Shown piece after piece: positions 39,636 to 53,127 of a stretch of 64,000 nt of DNA. Made by a program: the position numbers and the translations under genes. A model generated the notes under the pieces. That model did not search any database and was not told the DNA's origin. It saw nothing but the letters and a program-made list of their open reading frames with translations. Source of the DNA: Octopus sinensis. Taxonomy: Eukaryota. Numbering within the stretch: the first letter of the stretch is position 1; the number at the start of each line of letters is the position of its first letter. The DNA is taken from contig NC_043013.1 in the NCBI RefSeq assembly GCF_006345805.1, forward strand, positions 1,860,001-1,924,000. The letters run 5' to 3'.

Positions 39636-40439
39636 GAGAAAAATAAGTCACAACAATGAATTAATACATTTCTTTTTTAATCTTTGTTTTGTTTTATTAT
39701 AGTTTGTAGTCTTACAGTGACTTTGGCAAATACAAAATAAGATTCAGTACAATGTAACAAATATTTTTTAATTAAGTACAGTTAATTGGTCTCCAAATGA
39801 TCAAACTGCAGTTGAAATGTAGCCAGGGAATTTTCTTTTTCTTTGACATAAAATGTATATTTATTGACGCAACATGCAGTGTGGAATCACCATTGAGATT
39901 TAAAAGGGGTGTGAGCACCAAAGAGCTGAGGTGAGCTCGAGAAGAAGAACTGAAGTCTGTGACCCGTTTGTGATTCTCCAATTGTAGCCACTTCCCTCGC
40001 TAACGCCCTCAGGGTAAGGGATAAACGACATAACGTCCTATTTCCTCCCCAACACTAAACGTTCCAGGCTGTATGACCCCTTCGTGAGAAAGTGACATAT
40101 TTTACATGTTAAAAATAAGTGGGGTGGGGGGAGACAAAAACAGAAGAAAAAAAAACAACAAAGAAAAAACCCAGACTTTTGCCCAATTTTAACTGCTGCA
40201 CAGATTTCATCAGTTTGAGTGAAGAAGTTTAGTTGAAAACTAAATACAGCAGTATAATAATAATATCGATGAGTGGAGTTTAGTTTTAATATTTTACAAT
40301 TGATATACACTTTCTTTATATTTATACACACAATAGTCTCAAAATAATGAGTCATATTTTAATTATACAGCTACCGAAACAGTTTTATTATCAGATAAGA
40401 TAAAAAGAGGGGAATAACCAGAGTTATGCTATAAGTCTC

Positions 40440-40600
40440 TACTCTACAATTAACTTGCTGGTACACTGCAGCATCATGCATAAACATATATGCCAATATC
40501 GTACCATACTTCAGCATCTATGGATGCCTTACGAATCACTAAAGAAAAATATCTTGTGGGGCACCACTTGAAACTGTCACATCTTCATGAAATGAAACGT
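40440..40600 (-). pseudogene. Very old LINE RT relic (CR1/L2-like)
   Basis: Minus strand gives VTVSSGAPQD... (compare VTSGVPQGS) and MFMHDAAVY (compare LFADD..IY) with typical spacing, but heavily disrupted. Confidence 0.35.
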
Positions 40601-42040
40601 AGAGCAATTCAACGAGATGTAGGAAGCAATCTCCATCCAAATTATTCCTACATGGACAGGTATAACTTGGATAATTGAGCTCAGCACTGCAAGCTAACTA
40701 AACCCTATTTAGGGTACTGTTACTGCTTACAGCAGTGAGTTTTTATCCCTTTGGTCTTTGTGTGTTAGAATGGAGTCATTTCAGTGTCAAGTGTCATGGC
40801 CTCAACCCAATGCTGATGCGAGACCAGACGGAACTCTCAGCCACTTGGTTTACTGCCAAATCCTATCTGAGCTCTTTAACCAATATACAAACCCACAAGA
40901 GAGCTTTGTAACTCAGTTGCTTAACTTGGCCAATCTCTTTGATAATCCCTACAGCATTTTTAATCTTGGAATTATTTAAGCCCTAGAGACAAGATGACCA
41001 GAGCTAGAATCCTATTGACTGGCTGCTTACATCTGGAGCATAGACATACTTCAGTAGAGCTCACTAGTACTACATAACATGGTTGACAGATTTTCTTGTT
41101 TAGCTTATATGGCAGCCAGGGTTCAACTCTTAGCACAGGAACAGCTATAGGCTTTATATATGTATGTGTGTGTGGCATGAAGTTCAACAAGGAGAGCTCT
41201 TGATCAGTTGAGGAGGTAAAAGATATTGTATATAAATGAAATGGTTCCTTTTTACTATCATAACAAAAGAGCCAACCTCAGTGCTGTCAATTCTCCAGTA
41301 GTTTCCTGCAAGTTCAGCACTTCACTGACGACTCTTTCTCTCATCAAGTAATAAGAGGAATAATGGCCTTTCTCAGGGTACAGCATGGTACCAGGGAAAA
41401 GATAGACACAAGTCGGGCAGATACCACCAATAACAAGATGTGGCCAGAGGGTGACCAGATTAAACAAGAACAAATACTGTTCAACCACTTTGGTCATTTC
41501 AACAACATAATCATAATTATATATTTGAAATCTACTATCAATTTGTTATGTTCCTTTTTTTTCCCCCATTACCTCCACATACCAAAGATGAAGAATTTCT
41601 AGATCAGTGAGCAGAACTCAGTGAAGGTCTCAGAGTTCAAATCTGTCAAACAAAATTATTAGCATCAAGCAGAGTTATGGATTAATTTACATTTTCTAAA
41701 GCAACATTTTTTCAGGAAATAGTATCAGCAGTCTAAAAGTCTAATTTTGCATTGAGTTTGGTTCACTTAGTTATTTCGTTGTCTGTCATATAAAATATAA
41801 AATCAAAAATATTGCCAGGTAGATTTTGTTTACTGTTGTTATATAAATAGCTATTTCTTTGGAAATCTGTCAGTTATGATAAAGAAATGGTAATACCACG
41901 GAGAAAATATTGAGAAGCAAACAACAAGGTTTAACAATTGGTTAATTGGTGGGAATTGAGATATTACAGTCCAGAAAGAAAAGTAATTAATAAATTGCAA
42001 TTAAGTCTAAAAATTCATTCTTAATGACTAGAATAATTAA

Positions 42041-42253
42041 CCCTTTAGCAACCAAACTGGCCATATCCAGCTCAAATATCCTACCTGTTTTTTGTTCAAA
42101 CTGACCAGATCAGGCCTCTCACACCTACCCGGCAACGTCATTCTATCAATAAACAATCACATCACTGACATCTGAAAACTGAGATAGGATTAATTCAAAA
42201 CAATGCAAATAAATAAGGATTACATATGACAGAATAATCTGAATGCTAAAGGG
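42041..42253. mobile_element. piggyBac-type MITE
   Basis: TTAA|CCCTTTAGCA ... TGCTAAAGGG, a perfect 10-bp TIR; the right TTAA is degraded. Confidence 0.65.
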
Positions 42254-42924
42254 TCGAATAATAAAATTAGAAGAAACTCTCCAATGAGAGAGAGGGGGGA
42301 GAGGGGGAGAGAGAGAGCAGGACGTGGTAACTTATGCATATGTATGTATGTATGTGTATGTATATATATATATATAAGCTGCAAAGACATCACAAAAACT
42401 GTTACTCAGAGTTTCACATTAGGAAGGGCATCCACTTGTAGACACTTTGCCAGATCAGACTGAGCCTGGTGCAGCCTCTGGCTCACCAGTCCTCAGTCAA
42501 ACTGTCCAACCCATGCCAGCATGGAAAGTGAACATTACACAACGACGATATATACATATATATAGTTAATCCAAACATGAAAACACAAAGAGAAGAGAAA
42601 ATGTGAGGATGTGGAACAAATATAGTGTTATTGGATGCTCAGGAAAGGAAAGAAAGGAAGATTTAACGTTTCAAGTGGAACTTTCATTGCCACCGAGTCA
42701 GTGGTTGCAGTTGTGTGGAAATTTCCAAATCTTATGGAACAGGTTTGGTGATATAAACAGGAAAACAGAATTCAAAACATGGGTATATATTTTTCTTAAT
42801 TGACAGAAGTTACAAAAACTAACTCAAAGAGATGAGACTTTTGCACTTTGGCACGAATCAAAGTTTGGCGATAAGTGCCAATGCATGAAACTCTTGGTCC
42901 TCAAGTCACTTTGTCATTTTTGCT

Positions 42925-43290
42925 TCATCAGCATCATGTCCATTTTCCATGCTGGCATGGGTTGGATGGTTTGACAAGAACGGACAAGCCAGAGAGCTGC
43001 ACCATGCTCCAGTACCTGCTTTGGCATAGTTTCTACAGCTGGATGCCCTTCTTAATGCCAACCCATTTCTTTATTACCCACAAGGGGCTAAACATAGAGG
43101 GGACAAAGAAAGACAGACATAGGTGTTAAGTCGATTACATCGACCCCAGTGCGGAACTGGTACTTAATTTATTGACCCCGAAAGGATGAAAGGCAAAGTC
43201 AACCTCGGCGGAATTTGAACTCACAACGTAACGACAGACGAAATACCAAGCATGTCATCCGGTGTGCTAATGTTTCTGCCAGCTTGCCGC
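42925..43290 (-). mobile_element. RTE-tail-type repeat (family C) followed by SINE family A
   Basis: CATCATGTCCATTTTCCATGCTGGCATGGGTTGGATGG...CTACAGCTGGATGCCCTTC, then the family A reverse complement. Confidence 0.7.
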
Positions 43291-43699
43291 CTTTATGCCT
43301 TTTCTTAATGCCAACCACTTTACAGAGTGTATCAGGTGCTTTTTATGTGGCACCAAAAGTTATCTCATGTAGTGAATTTAACAACTTCCTATGTTATTAA
43401 ACAGACTCTTCCATGACATTGTTGCTTCTCTTTCAACTCACACACTCAGATTAAGTCATTTGTTATTAGATAACTTCCTAATATTTTACAGGTAAAAACA
43501 TTCAATTATTTTATCAAAGTGCAAAAATAGTAGTAAGGGGTCAAATTAACAGGATACCAACAGTTTGTATATGATCTGACTCCAAAGAGACTGGTGTGTT
43601 GGTCTTCATCAGCAAGATTCGTGTTATTTAATAATGGTAATAAAAACGAAAAGAGAACAGTGAACTTATTATGCACGGAGGAGTAAAGAATCCAATATT

Positions 43700-43973
43700 T
43701 CAGATGGTTTTCTTCCGGAGAACAAAATCAACAGGAGGGAAATGTATGGAAAGACAGCAGAGTATTTTTTGGTCGATGTAAAACTCTGGTTTTCTCTCCT
43801 GGTTTTCTTTCCTATCAAATTTTCTCTGAAGGAGGACAATTTCTGAAATGTTGGATTTCCCACTTTGCACAGCAGCTTCACTAAACTCTTTTTCATCAGT
43901 TCCACCAATTTGTACCATATCACCAGCATTATACAGTGTCAATAGCAAAGACCACTCAACTCTTGAGATTAGT
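43700..43973 (-). CDS. Gene C probable terminal exon
   Basis: Acceptor CATTCCCTTTAAGCCTATTTAG; only phase 2 is open, matching the donor at 47350. Translation (K)LISRVEWSLLLTLYNAGDMVQIGGTDEKEFSEAAV...PPVDFVLRKKTI*. An internal donor (ATG|GTACAA) is also possible. Confidence 0.5.
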
Positions 43974-44992
43974 CTAAATAGGCTTAAAGGGAATGTATAT
44001 AGATCTATGCACTAAACATCAAAAGTACAAAAGGATAATTGTTTTGTTAACTGGCAGAACTGAGCTCAAAATTGTCCTTCATGCACAGCTTCAAAAGCAG
44101 AGTAAAGTTACCCCTGCTTTGGCTATATCACATGAAAACAAAATCTCTAATAGTAGCAGTAGTAGCAGCCAATAAGTCAAAAGTTCTAAGGGCAATATAA
44201 CTGGATTTAGGATGAAAATTAACAAAGTGAATTGTGTTGAAGACTGGCAAAGACAAAGATGTTTCTTTTTTTTATAATTAAGCTTAATTCATTGTTTCTA
44301 AGTCAGAGTTTTGAATTTTGCTGGATCAAAGGGTAAAAGACTAAACCTTGCGTGACTGGAATATACAGTGAGATTAGTAACACCATGAAATAGTAATAAT
44401 ATTGGTAGCTAATTCTTCATTTTTAGTCAGTTTTACAAGGTTAAAAATTAAATGAAATATTCAAATTAATATTAATTATAATTTTCTAACTAGCATTCTC
44501 TCTTGAATCAAGAAAAAAAAAACAAAAACTGAGTGATACCAAAGGGGGTGGCATTTTTCAGTTCGTACAAGTGTGGTAATTAAATAAGGAAGTAGGATGA
44601 GTAAGGGAGCAGTTTCAGGAATACTGAAGAAGGAATGGTTCAAGAACTTTTTTTGTAGTTAGAAATAGTTGTGTTGAGAAAATGGTGGAAAATGTATGTT
44701 TATAAGTTTTGAAGAAACACAAATGTGAGACATAGGGATTTTTTTTGAGTAGGTGATCTTTTAAAATGGATACTGGGAGAAAACTGGCCATCTTATGGGG
44801 CTTGTGTATGTAATCCACGGGAAATGTTTTGAAGAATAATTATTATTAGAGACATTAGCAAAGGAGTTGTTTTATGCAACCATGCATATGTATAAAAAGA
44901 AATTGATTCAAATCACTTTGAAGATGAGATGCAGCCTTTACATTTAGTACAGAAAATCAACAAATATAATAGTAATAATATTAATGATGATG

Positions 44993-45042
<50 letters not shown>

Positions 45043-45262
45043 GATGAGGATGATGATTCAATGTGTGTGTACAGGTTGAAATACATAAATACAAACTTGA
45101 AAAGTGAAATTAACTGAAGAACTGTCTTGACATTTTTAATAAAAAATACAATTTGAAATTGAACATTTAAAACAGACATAACATAAATCCAATTTATTTG
45201 GTAATTTTTTGTTTTTGAATATAATGCACATATTTACAATATGTATAAGTGTGTGTATGTGA

Positions 45263-45319
<57 letters not shown>

Positions 45320-47349
45320 AAGGGATCAAATCTAAACCAAGCATATGAAGCATAGACTTGCCATAAAATATTACACTAAAAAAAAAAAATTGTTACAAAG
45401 TTTAATACTTGTGTTTTTTCTTCAGTTAAAATGGTGAGGGGGGGGGGCATTCAAGTGAACAGAAGTATCTAAGGGTTGTATTCAGAACAATGTTTTTCTA
45501 AGAATTTTCTACTAATGTTTTTTTTTTGGGCGGGGGGGTAAAGTTAGAATATTCATGCTTCCGGGATTTATTTACCAAACTATAAAACAACAAGCACAAT
45601 ACCAATCTATTCTCTAAATGGAAGACTTTGTACAAGAGGTTGATAAGTTCAGTTGAATTAAATAATTTCATGTTTCAGGCTGTTGCTCTTCATCAGAGAA
45701 CAGAGAAGATTAAAAGACAAAAAAAAAAAAAGCCTTGAAAGAGTTGTTCTTTAGTTGCAAGCTAACAATGCTGCACATTGGTGTGCAACCAAAACAACAA
45801 AACAATCATCCTTGCTCTCAGATCAAAGTGCAAGCAGCCAAAAACATTATATTTCTTCACCTAAATTATCAAAGAACTCTTTCACACATTCTCTTATGAA
45901 TTATTGCCAATGGAGACCATCACCAAGTTTCTTTAGATTCCAGATTTTAACCTATTTTCGAACTGACCTTGAAGTTTCATACAAACACATATTTACATTT
46001 TTTTTTTTTTCTTTTTTCATACTAATATCTTTTAGCAAGGTTTTAAGATATGTAGAAACAGAGAGTTGGATTTCAAGTGAGACTTACTGATTACAATGTT
46101 AACTTTGATTAAAATCTCAATAAAACAGCTGTTAAGAGATTAAAATAAAAAAACTTTTTTTTTCCTCTTAGTGTAACCTTACAACATAAAGCTGAAAATT
46201 TCCTTAAACTTAAATCCAAGAATGCAGCAGTCAAACCCAGCAAATATAGAAATAAATAACAGTTGTTTATTTTCTCCATTTGAAGCTTAAACTTGTTAAA
46301 TTATTTGTACTGGTAACATCAATAATACAAAAAGCAGAAAATCTCTTCAAGGAATTGGTTTAAAATACATGAAATGGAATTTAAAAAAAAAAAAAAAAAT
46401 ATTACCAAAAAGCAAAAACAATTAATAAAAATATTTTGATGTATTCCAATGTATTCCATGACAAATCCTAGAAAGAAAGAACTAACACCAAAGAATGGTT
46501 AAACATCACATGAAGTAATAAATAAAAACTGCAACTTAAGATTAATTTAAGGTTTCACAGTTGAAACGAACCAATTTAGAACCAATAAAATGGATGAAAC
46601 AACAAGGAACAGAGGTTGACTTTGGGTTGGTTTCATTTCCTCAAAGGTTTCTTCTCAGCAATAATAATTGAAAAAAGATTTCCACATCCAATTATTAAAC
46701 ATTTGAGAGTTTTCTTGTATCTTCTCATAAGAAAGAATTTCTCATTCAGTTCTAAAATATTTATCACAGGTCTTTTACTGAAAAAACAGGAAAGGATAAA
46801 AAAAAAAAATATTAAAAATAATCGAAAAGTAAAATAAAAAAGAAAATGCAAAGGAAGAAAAGAAAAAAACTCATTCAAATTAGTTAAAAATAATTTGAAA
46901 TCTGATAACTTTTTCTTTTTTTTTGTTGTTTCTCTGGAATTCAAGTTTCCAATGTTTTGGCACATTTGTTGAATGTCCTGAAAGACTGCACAAACCAAAA
47001 GGACAATCATTAAACAAAGCAAATAAATATGCTATGGAAAAAAAAAATTTAGGGGGGGTAGGGGGAACTGGAGAAATGGAATGATGTAAGAAGAGAGAAT
47101 GAAATCACAGAGTTAAGAACTAAAGTTTTTTTTTTTTTTTGATCACAAAAATTGCTCTCTGGATTAAGTTTCTAGCTTTTTGTCTTTTTTTTTTTGTGGT
47201 ATTTTTTCATTGTTTTTTTGTTTCAAAGTATTCTTTCTCAGAGTTCCAACTTGTAAGTCTGCTCAGTTTGATTGATTTAGTCACTGACTTCTGAGCTACA
47301 CCGGGACCGCTGTCTCCGATTGGAAGAAGAAACAAAAAGACTAACACAC

Positions 47350-47411
47350 TTTCTAGATTCCAATTGCTCAAGCCAATATTCTTGCTCTGTAGGGTCCACA
47401 TATGTTAAATT
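47350..47411 (-). CDS. Gene C exon
   Basis: Acceptor TTATTATTTTTCAG, phase 0; NLTYVDPTEQEYWLEQLESR(K); donor AA|GTGTGT (alternative GTTAGT 4 nt further on). Confidence 0.65.
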
Positions 47412-47747
47412 CTGAAAAATAATAATTAAGGTGCAAAATAAATACATAAAATGCACACAGACATGCATACACACACACATAACATAAAACAGAGTGCTCA
47501 ACATTCTGAAATAGAGCAAGAATGATTTACAAGCAAAATAAGACAAAGTATGAATATTTAATTTATTCAAGACACATTTCTAGGTTTCAATTACAAACTC
47601 AATCTCAGAAAAGTAGACAAAATTTGTTTTCAATCCAGGTTTTTAAATACAGACTAAGGCCATTTTATATTGCATTAACCAACTCTACATCTGATGGCAA
47701 CAAAAAGATTAAAACAAATCCATTAATCCACACATTAAATCTTGCTC

Positions 47748-47892
47748 ATCATCATCATCGTTTAACGTCCGCTTTCCATGCTGGCATGGGTTGGACGACT
47801 CTAACTGAGGGCTGGTGAGCCAGATGGCTGCACCAGGCTCCAGTCTTGATCTGGCAGAGTCTCTACAGCTGGATTCCCTTCCTAACGCCAAT
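47748..47892 (-). mobile_element. Family C repeat (RTE-type 3' end with (GAT)n tail)
   Basis: CATCATCATCGTTTAACGTCCGCTTTCCATGCTGGCATGGGTTGGACG...; further copies at 55645-56100, 59251-59352 and 59725-59970. Confidence 0.75.
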
Positions 47893-47942
47893 GAGTAATT
47901 ATTCATGGATTTCTTTTAGTAAAACGGAAAAACACAAATACT

Positions 47943-48121
47943 GAGCAGAAAAATTTGTCGGCAACCAGCCACGAGGATCGAACTCACACTCCTCCAACTT
48001 CTAACATTGCAGTAAAATTCGCCAGTCAGCAGTTTGGCTTAATGGGTAAAGCACTCCAGCTAGATATTGGAGGGGTGTGAGTTCGATCCTCATGGCTGGT
48101 TGCTGGCAATTTTTTCTGCTC
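47943..48121. repeat. tRNA-derived palindrome (61-bp inverted arms)
   Basis: 47943-48003 versus the reverse complement of 48061-48121: 54/61 identical by manual count. About 48028-48101 folds as a pseudo-tRNA (D stem GCTT/AAGC, T loop TTCGATC). Confidence 0.85.
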
Positions 48122-48445
48122 TTAAAAGGATTTTATCCTTATATATATATATATATATTTATTACTGACGTGGGGAAAATTCTTATGAATTAACCCTGAA
48201 ATTAGGACCAATACGGTAATAACGGAATTTTTTAGAAATTTCTATCGGCATCTTTCAAGACGCATAAATTATAATGGTTATTGACAATTTTGTCTTTTTT
48301 CGGCATATTTGGCATTAGAATTTTTCTTTTGCCCTTATTTTATAAGTTATTTATAAATTTAACCTTTAAAGGTATTTTTTGATATGCTGGCCATTGATAA
48401 AATTTTTTTCGAAAAAAAAATTAAAAAAATTTTATCCTACATTAG

Positions 48446-48497
<52 letters not shown>

Positions 48498-49348
48498 TTC
48501 AGTATTTACATGCTGAAAAAACTTATCTTTCTACTTGTTCTCCAATATATTTCAACGCTTCAAAAACAAACTTATGACAAGTTTGAGCAAGTTCACATCT
48601 ATAACTCTTTCTTTCAATCTTTACTCTTTAATTATTGTGCGAAGCCCATGGGAAACATTCGGAGTTAATCATGAAGCTATGAGATAATACATGGCTAATT
48701 CAAAACAATGTGAATGAATAAGCATTACCATTTGACGGCGGAATAATTTGAATGCCAAACTGTTAATGAAGCAGAAGAATACTACTTTCTGGTGCAGCTA
48801 AGCAAATATTCAAACACTTCTCAAGGGAGAAGAACACAATTGTCGAAAGTAATTCCTCACTATTCTATTCACAAAAGCTAAATTCTTACTTCGGTCTGTT
48901 ATGAGGCCAAGGACTCACAAGGGTGGAGCTTGAGCTGGTTTCAAGGGCATATAAGTGATTCAGATTACAACACTTCCCCTGGATGGGATGCCAGACCTTC
49001 ACAGGGTTAACTTCCCATCTATTGTTGGAACTGAGTGGGATGGGGCAAAGGGGAAATGAAGTGTCTTGCTCAAGAACACAATGTGTGCCACCCAGTCTGG
49101 GAATCAAAACCACAATATTACAATCATGAATGCAACAACAAGACCATGAACCTTCACACTTCCATGTATACACATGTATTTATTAATTAAGAATTAAGCC
49201 TCAAAATAATTATTGGTAAACTTTTAATTCCACTCAAGACACAAATGAAACATTCATCTAGGATGGCTCAGGGTCTCAAGGATTTGGTTCACCAACAAAG
49301 TTTCCTCTATTCTATTTGCACAAATATCATTACAAAAATTCATATTAA

Positions 49349-49570
49349 CGCTTTTGATACCAACCCTGCTGAAACCGTCCCTGGCCCTGTAGTACAAATG
49401 TCTTGTTTTCATAAGTTCTGAATTAAAATCTTCCACCAAATCCTTGTCACAATTTATGTCCCTAACACTAGCTTAATGATAACTAAGTTATTTTACTAAA
49501 TTCTTTGTTATATTTAAAATTAATTGAAAGAAACAAAGAGCATCTCAACAGAAATAGAGTAACAAAAGGG
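49349..49570. mobile_element. piggyBac-type MITE (same family as 52339-52794)
   Basis: TTAA|CGCTTTTGATACCAACC ... GTAACAAAAGGG; body alignable to the 52.3-52.8 kb copies. Confidence 0.75.
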
Positions 49571-49607
49571 TGAATGATGTTACATAGAATAATAAAAAAA
49601 ATATTAC

Positions 49608-49741
49608 CTCTAAATTAAATAAATCAGGAAACTCTAGTCGTAACTGCATCCAATCTTTGGGAGGTTTCTGAGATGAAGGGGAAGTCGACAAATGAAGAAG
49701 CTTCTGTCGTGACAATTTGCATTTCAGTTTTTCTTGGGAAG
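49608..49741 (-). CDS. Gene C exon
   Basis: Acceptor TTCTGCTTCCAATTTTGTAG and donor GAG|GTAATA; phase 1 to 0. Translation SQEKLKCKLSRQKLLHLSTSPSSQKPPKDWMQLRLEFPDLFNLE, joining exon 47411 in frame. Confidence 0.65.
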
Positions 49742-50110
49742 CTACAAAATTGGAAGCAGAATTTTTAGAACATTCAGAAAAAATACCCAAGCATGAAATC
49801 CAAATTGTATCCATAAAAGCAGGGATTATCCCTGTCTGTGTGCGTTGCGAAGGGTGTAATGCGTTTCAATGTAAGTTATCCTAGATTTTTTTATTCTTTT
49901 ACTCGTTTCAGTCATTAGACTGTGGCCATGCTGGGGCACCACCTTGAAAAATTTTTAGTTGAATGAATTAACCCCAGTACTTTTAAAACCTGGTACTTAT
50001 TCTATCAGTCTCTTTTGTCAAACCGCTAAGTTATAGGGGCATCAACACACCAACCCCGGATGTCAAGCGGTGGGGGGAGGTAGAGTCAAAGACAAACATA
50101 GACATAGTTA

Positions 50111-50308
50111 GGCACAGGAGTGGCTGTGTGGTAAGTAGCTTGCTTACCAACCACATGGCTCCAGGTTCAGTCTCACTGTGTGGCACCTTGGGCAAGTGTC
50201 TTCTACTATAGCTTCGGGCCAGTCAAAGTCTTGTATGTGGATTTGGTAGACGGAAACTGAAAGAAGCCCGTCGTATATATGTATGTATATATATATATAT
50301 AATATATA

Positions 50309-50339
<31 letters not shown>

Positions 50340-50340
50340 G

Positions 50341-50385
<45 letters not shown>

Positions 50386-50386
50386 G

Positions 50387-50417
<31 letters not shown>

Positions 50418-50609
50418 TTGTCTCCCCAACATCGCTTGACAACCGATGCTGGTGTATTTACATCCCCGTAACTTAGCGGTCCGGCAAAAAAGGCCGATAG
50501 AATAAGTACTAGGCTTACAATGAATAAGTCCTGGGGTCAATTTGCTCGACTAAAGGCGGTGCTCCAGCATGGCCGCAGCCAAATGACTGAAACAAGTAAA
50601 AGAGTAAAG
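50111..50609 (+). mobile_element. SINE family B, full length
   Basis: GCACAGGAGTGGCTGTGTGGTAAG head, GCACCTTGGGCAAGTGTC CORE-like block, internal TA/TATG microsatellite and GGCGGTGCTCCAGCATGGCCGCAG...GAAACAAGTAAAAGAGTAAAG tail. Confidence 0.9.
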
Positions 50610-50650
50610 GAATACATACATGTCTACATATATATATATTTATATCTATC

Positions 50651-50714
<64 letters not shown>

Positions 50715-50741
50715 ATCTATCTATCTATATATATATATATA

Positions 50742-50776
<35 letters not shown>

Positions 50777-50785
50777 ATCTATCTA

Positions 50786-50827
<42 letters not shown>

Positions 50828-50871
50828 GCTTCTTTCAGTTTCCGTCAACCAAATTCAACCTTTAACTCTGG

Positions 50872-51290
50872 CGGCGAACTGGCAGAAACATTAGCACACC
50901 AGGCGAAATGCTTAGCAGTATTTCGTCTGCTGCTATGTTCTGAGTTCAAATTCCGCCAAGGTCGACTTTGCCTTTCATCCTTTCGGGGTCGATAAATTAA
51001 GTACCAGTTACGCACTGAGGTCGATATAATAGACTTAATCCGTTTGTCTGTCCTTGTTTGTTCCCTCTATGTTTAGCCCCTTGTGGGCAGTAAAGAAATA
51101 AGAAACGTTAGCACGCTGGGCGAATGCTTAGCGGTGTTTCGTCTGTCTTTAGGTTCTGAGTTCAAACTTTGCCTTTCATCCATTCGGGGTCGATAAGTTA
51201 AGTACCAGTTGTGTACTGGAGTCGATCTAATCGACTGGGCCCCCTCCCCCAAAATTTTGAGCCTTGTACCCTGAATAGAAAAGGCTATCA
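50872..51290 (+). mobile_element. SINE family A head-to-tail dimer
   Basis: The first unit end TAAAGAAATAAGAAA runs into the head sequence AGAAACGTTAGCAC of a second unit. Confidence 0.85.
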
Positions 51291-52338
51291 ACAGGACAGA
51301 GGAAAAGCAAGGTAGATAACTCTTACAATATTGCAATTACACCCCTTTGCAACTATTCTTCATAAAGTCAGAGAAAACCAACAGCGACTTTTGGAATCAA
51401 CGGGACCTGTTCACCGTGAAGTAGAAATGGGACACTACATACAGAAGTCTTCCACTTCAAAACAGATCTCTCTTCTCCTCTTTAACAGCAAATTGTAGTC
51501 TCTTTTGTGCGAACTTTTTACTTCATGCATTTACAACAGAAATTAATTATTTCTGTCACAAAATCAGTTAAAAATCCCTTGATAAACCCTTCACTAAATA
51601 CCAACAGATAAGAAGGACAATAAACTATACTACTGAACAGAAAACTGAAAGATATAGCAATAACATGCTCTGTCATTCAATCTGCTAAAGATAGTAGCTA
51701 AATTGCTCTCAAATCATACCCAACCATATTTAAGAAATAAAAAAAAAGGCCACACTAGATGACAACAGGGGTACTAGAAATAGCAGATCACATCCTAACA
51801 TCTTTTTTTGAGTAACTGGATTTAGACGATTTATATTTCATATTAAACCCAAATAATTTGTAGTAAGAGTTGGCTACAATGCAATGCAGCAGATGTTGTG
51901 ATACCCTCTGCTCTGAGTTCAATTCCAACTGAAGTCAACTTTGCCTTTCATGTCTTGGGAACAATCAATTACCAACCAAAACAGTGTGGTGGTGGAATAG
52001 CAAGAGGATTGGTAAGAGGCTTTGTGGTGTGAGGTTTCTCCTGGCTCTTTGAGTTCTGATAGCAAATCCTGCAATGACGCTGAAGCCAAGAAGCACTGGA
52101 CCATGTCAGCAGTGAGAAGAAAGAGACTTGCATGAATGAGCAACTGTTTCTCTTTCAAAAAAAAAAAAGGCGAACCTTGACCGATGCCTAATGAAAGAAT
52201 CTTGACACATGCACTTGTATATAAAAAAAACTATATGGACTAAGCCAGGTATGAGTTTGTTTTTGTTTTTTGAGAAGCAGGCTGCATAAGACATGATTCA
52301 TTATCAAGGGTGGGGGCCACACTCGCCAAAAGCTTTAA

Positions 52339-52794
52339 CTTTCATTTGTTACCAACCTGGCTGAAACCAGCTCTGGCTCTGGGTGCAAATGTCTTGTTTT
52401 CATAAGTTTTGAATTAAAATCTTCCACCAAATTTCAGTCACAATTTATGTTCCTGACACTAGCTCAATGATAACCAAGTTATTTTACTAAATTCTTTGTT
52501 ATATTTAAAGTAATTGAAAGAAACACAGAGCATCTCAACAGAAATATGATAACGAAAGGGTTAAAATATACAATAGAGACACAATTCTTAACCCTTTTGA
52601 TACCAACCTGTCTGAAACTGCTTCTGGCTCTGAGTACAAATGTCTTGTTTTCTAAAGTTCTGAATTAAAATCTTCCACCAAACCTTAGTTACAATTTATG
52701 TTCCTAACACAAGCTTAATAATAATTCTTTGTTATGTTTGAAGTAATTGAAAAAAGCAGAGAGCATCTCAAAAAAAAATACAGTAACGAAAGGG
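52339..52794. mobile_element. Two adjacent piggyBac-type MITEs (52339-52560 and 52592-52794)
   Basis: The second copy is TTAA|CCCTTTTGATAC...GTAACGAAAGGG|TTAA; the first ends ACGAAAGGG|TTAA. Confidence 0.85.
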
Positions 52795-53064
52795 TTAATC
52801 ATGTTATCAGAAAGTTCTGCTGGCCACAGTTTGCACAGAATTGAATTAAACAATATGAGGGAAAAGCATATTTGAAAGGTGCCACATCAGAGTTATTTTG
52901 AATTCTTAAATTATCTGGTAATTTTCATTATATTTTCATTAAGGAGTAAGTGTTAATTAGGAGTTGTGTGAAGTGCTTGAAAACTGTTTCTTACAAATTT
53001 CGGGCAAAATATCATTCATCAAATGAAGAACATCTGTCAAAGAATGGTATTTATTTTCTTTTAC

Positions 53065-53127
53065 ATCTCCAAAGAAAACAGATCTGGAACTATTGACACA
53101 ACCAGCTGATCTGGGCCCATTACACTT
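53065..53127 (-). CDS. Gene C candidate exon (63 nt)
   Basis: Strong acceptor TTTTTTCTTCTATTTCCAG and donor GAT|GTAAAA. Reads SVMGPDQLVVSIVPDLFSLE (phase 2) or KCNGPRSAGCVNSSRSVFFGD (phase 0); the link to 49741 is unresolved. Confidence 0.5.

Noticed and set aside
43669-43929. Overlapping 86-aa ORF in a second minus frame
   Set aside because: It cannot be entered from the 43974 acceptor (immediate stop); the phase-2 frame fits the upstream exon.
46633-47022. 129-aa ORF; also a possible short last exon 46977-46941 (TFNKCAKTLET*)
   Set aside because: The ORF is mostly low-complexity T/A-rich sequence. The short exon remains possible but is less supported than 43973-43700.
48021-48101. Functional tRNA gene (also considered for 59132-59204)
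   Set aside because: Mismatched acceptor or T stems, an abnormal anticodon loop and embedding in repeat structures indicate SINE-type pseudo-tRNAs.
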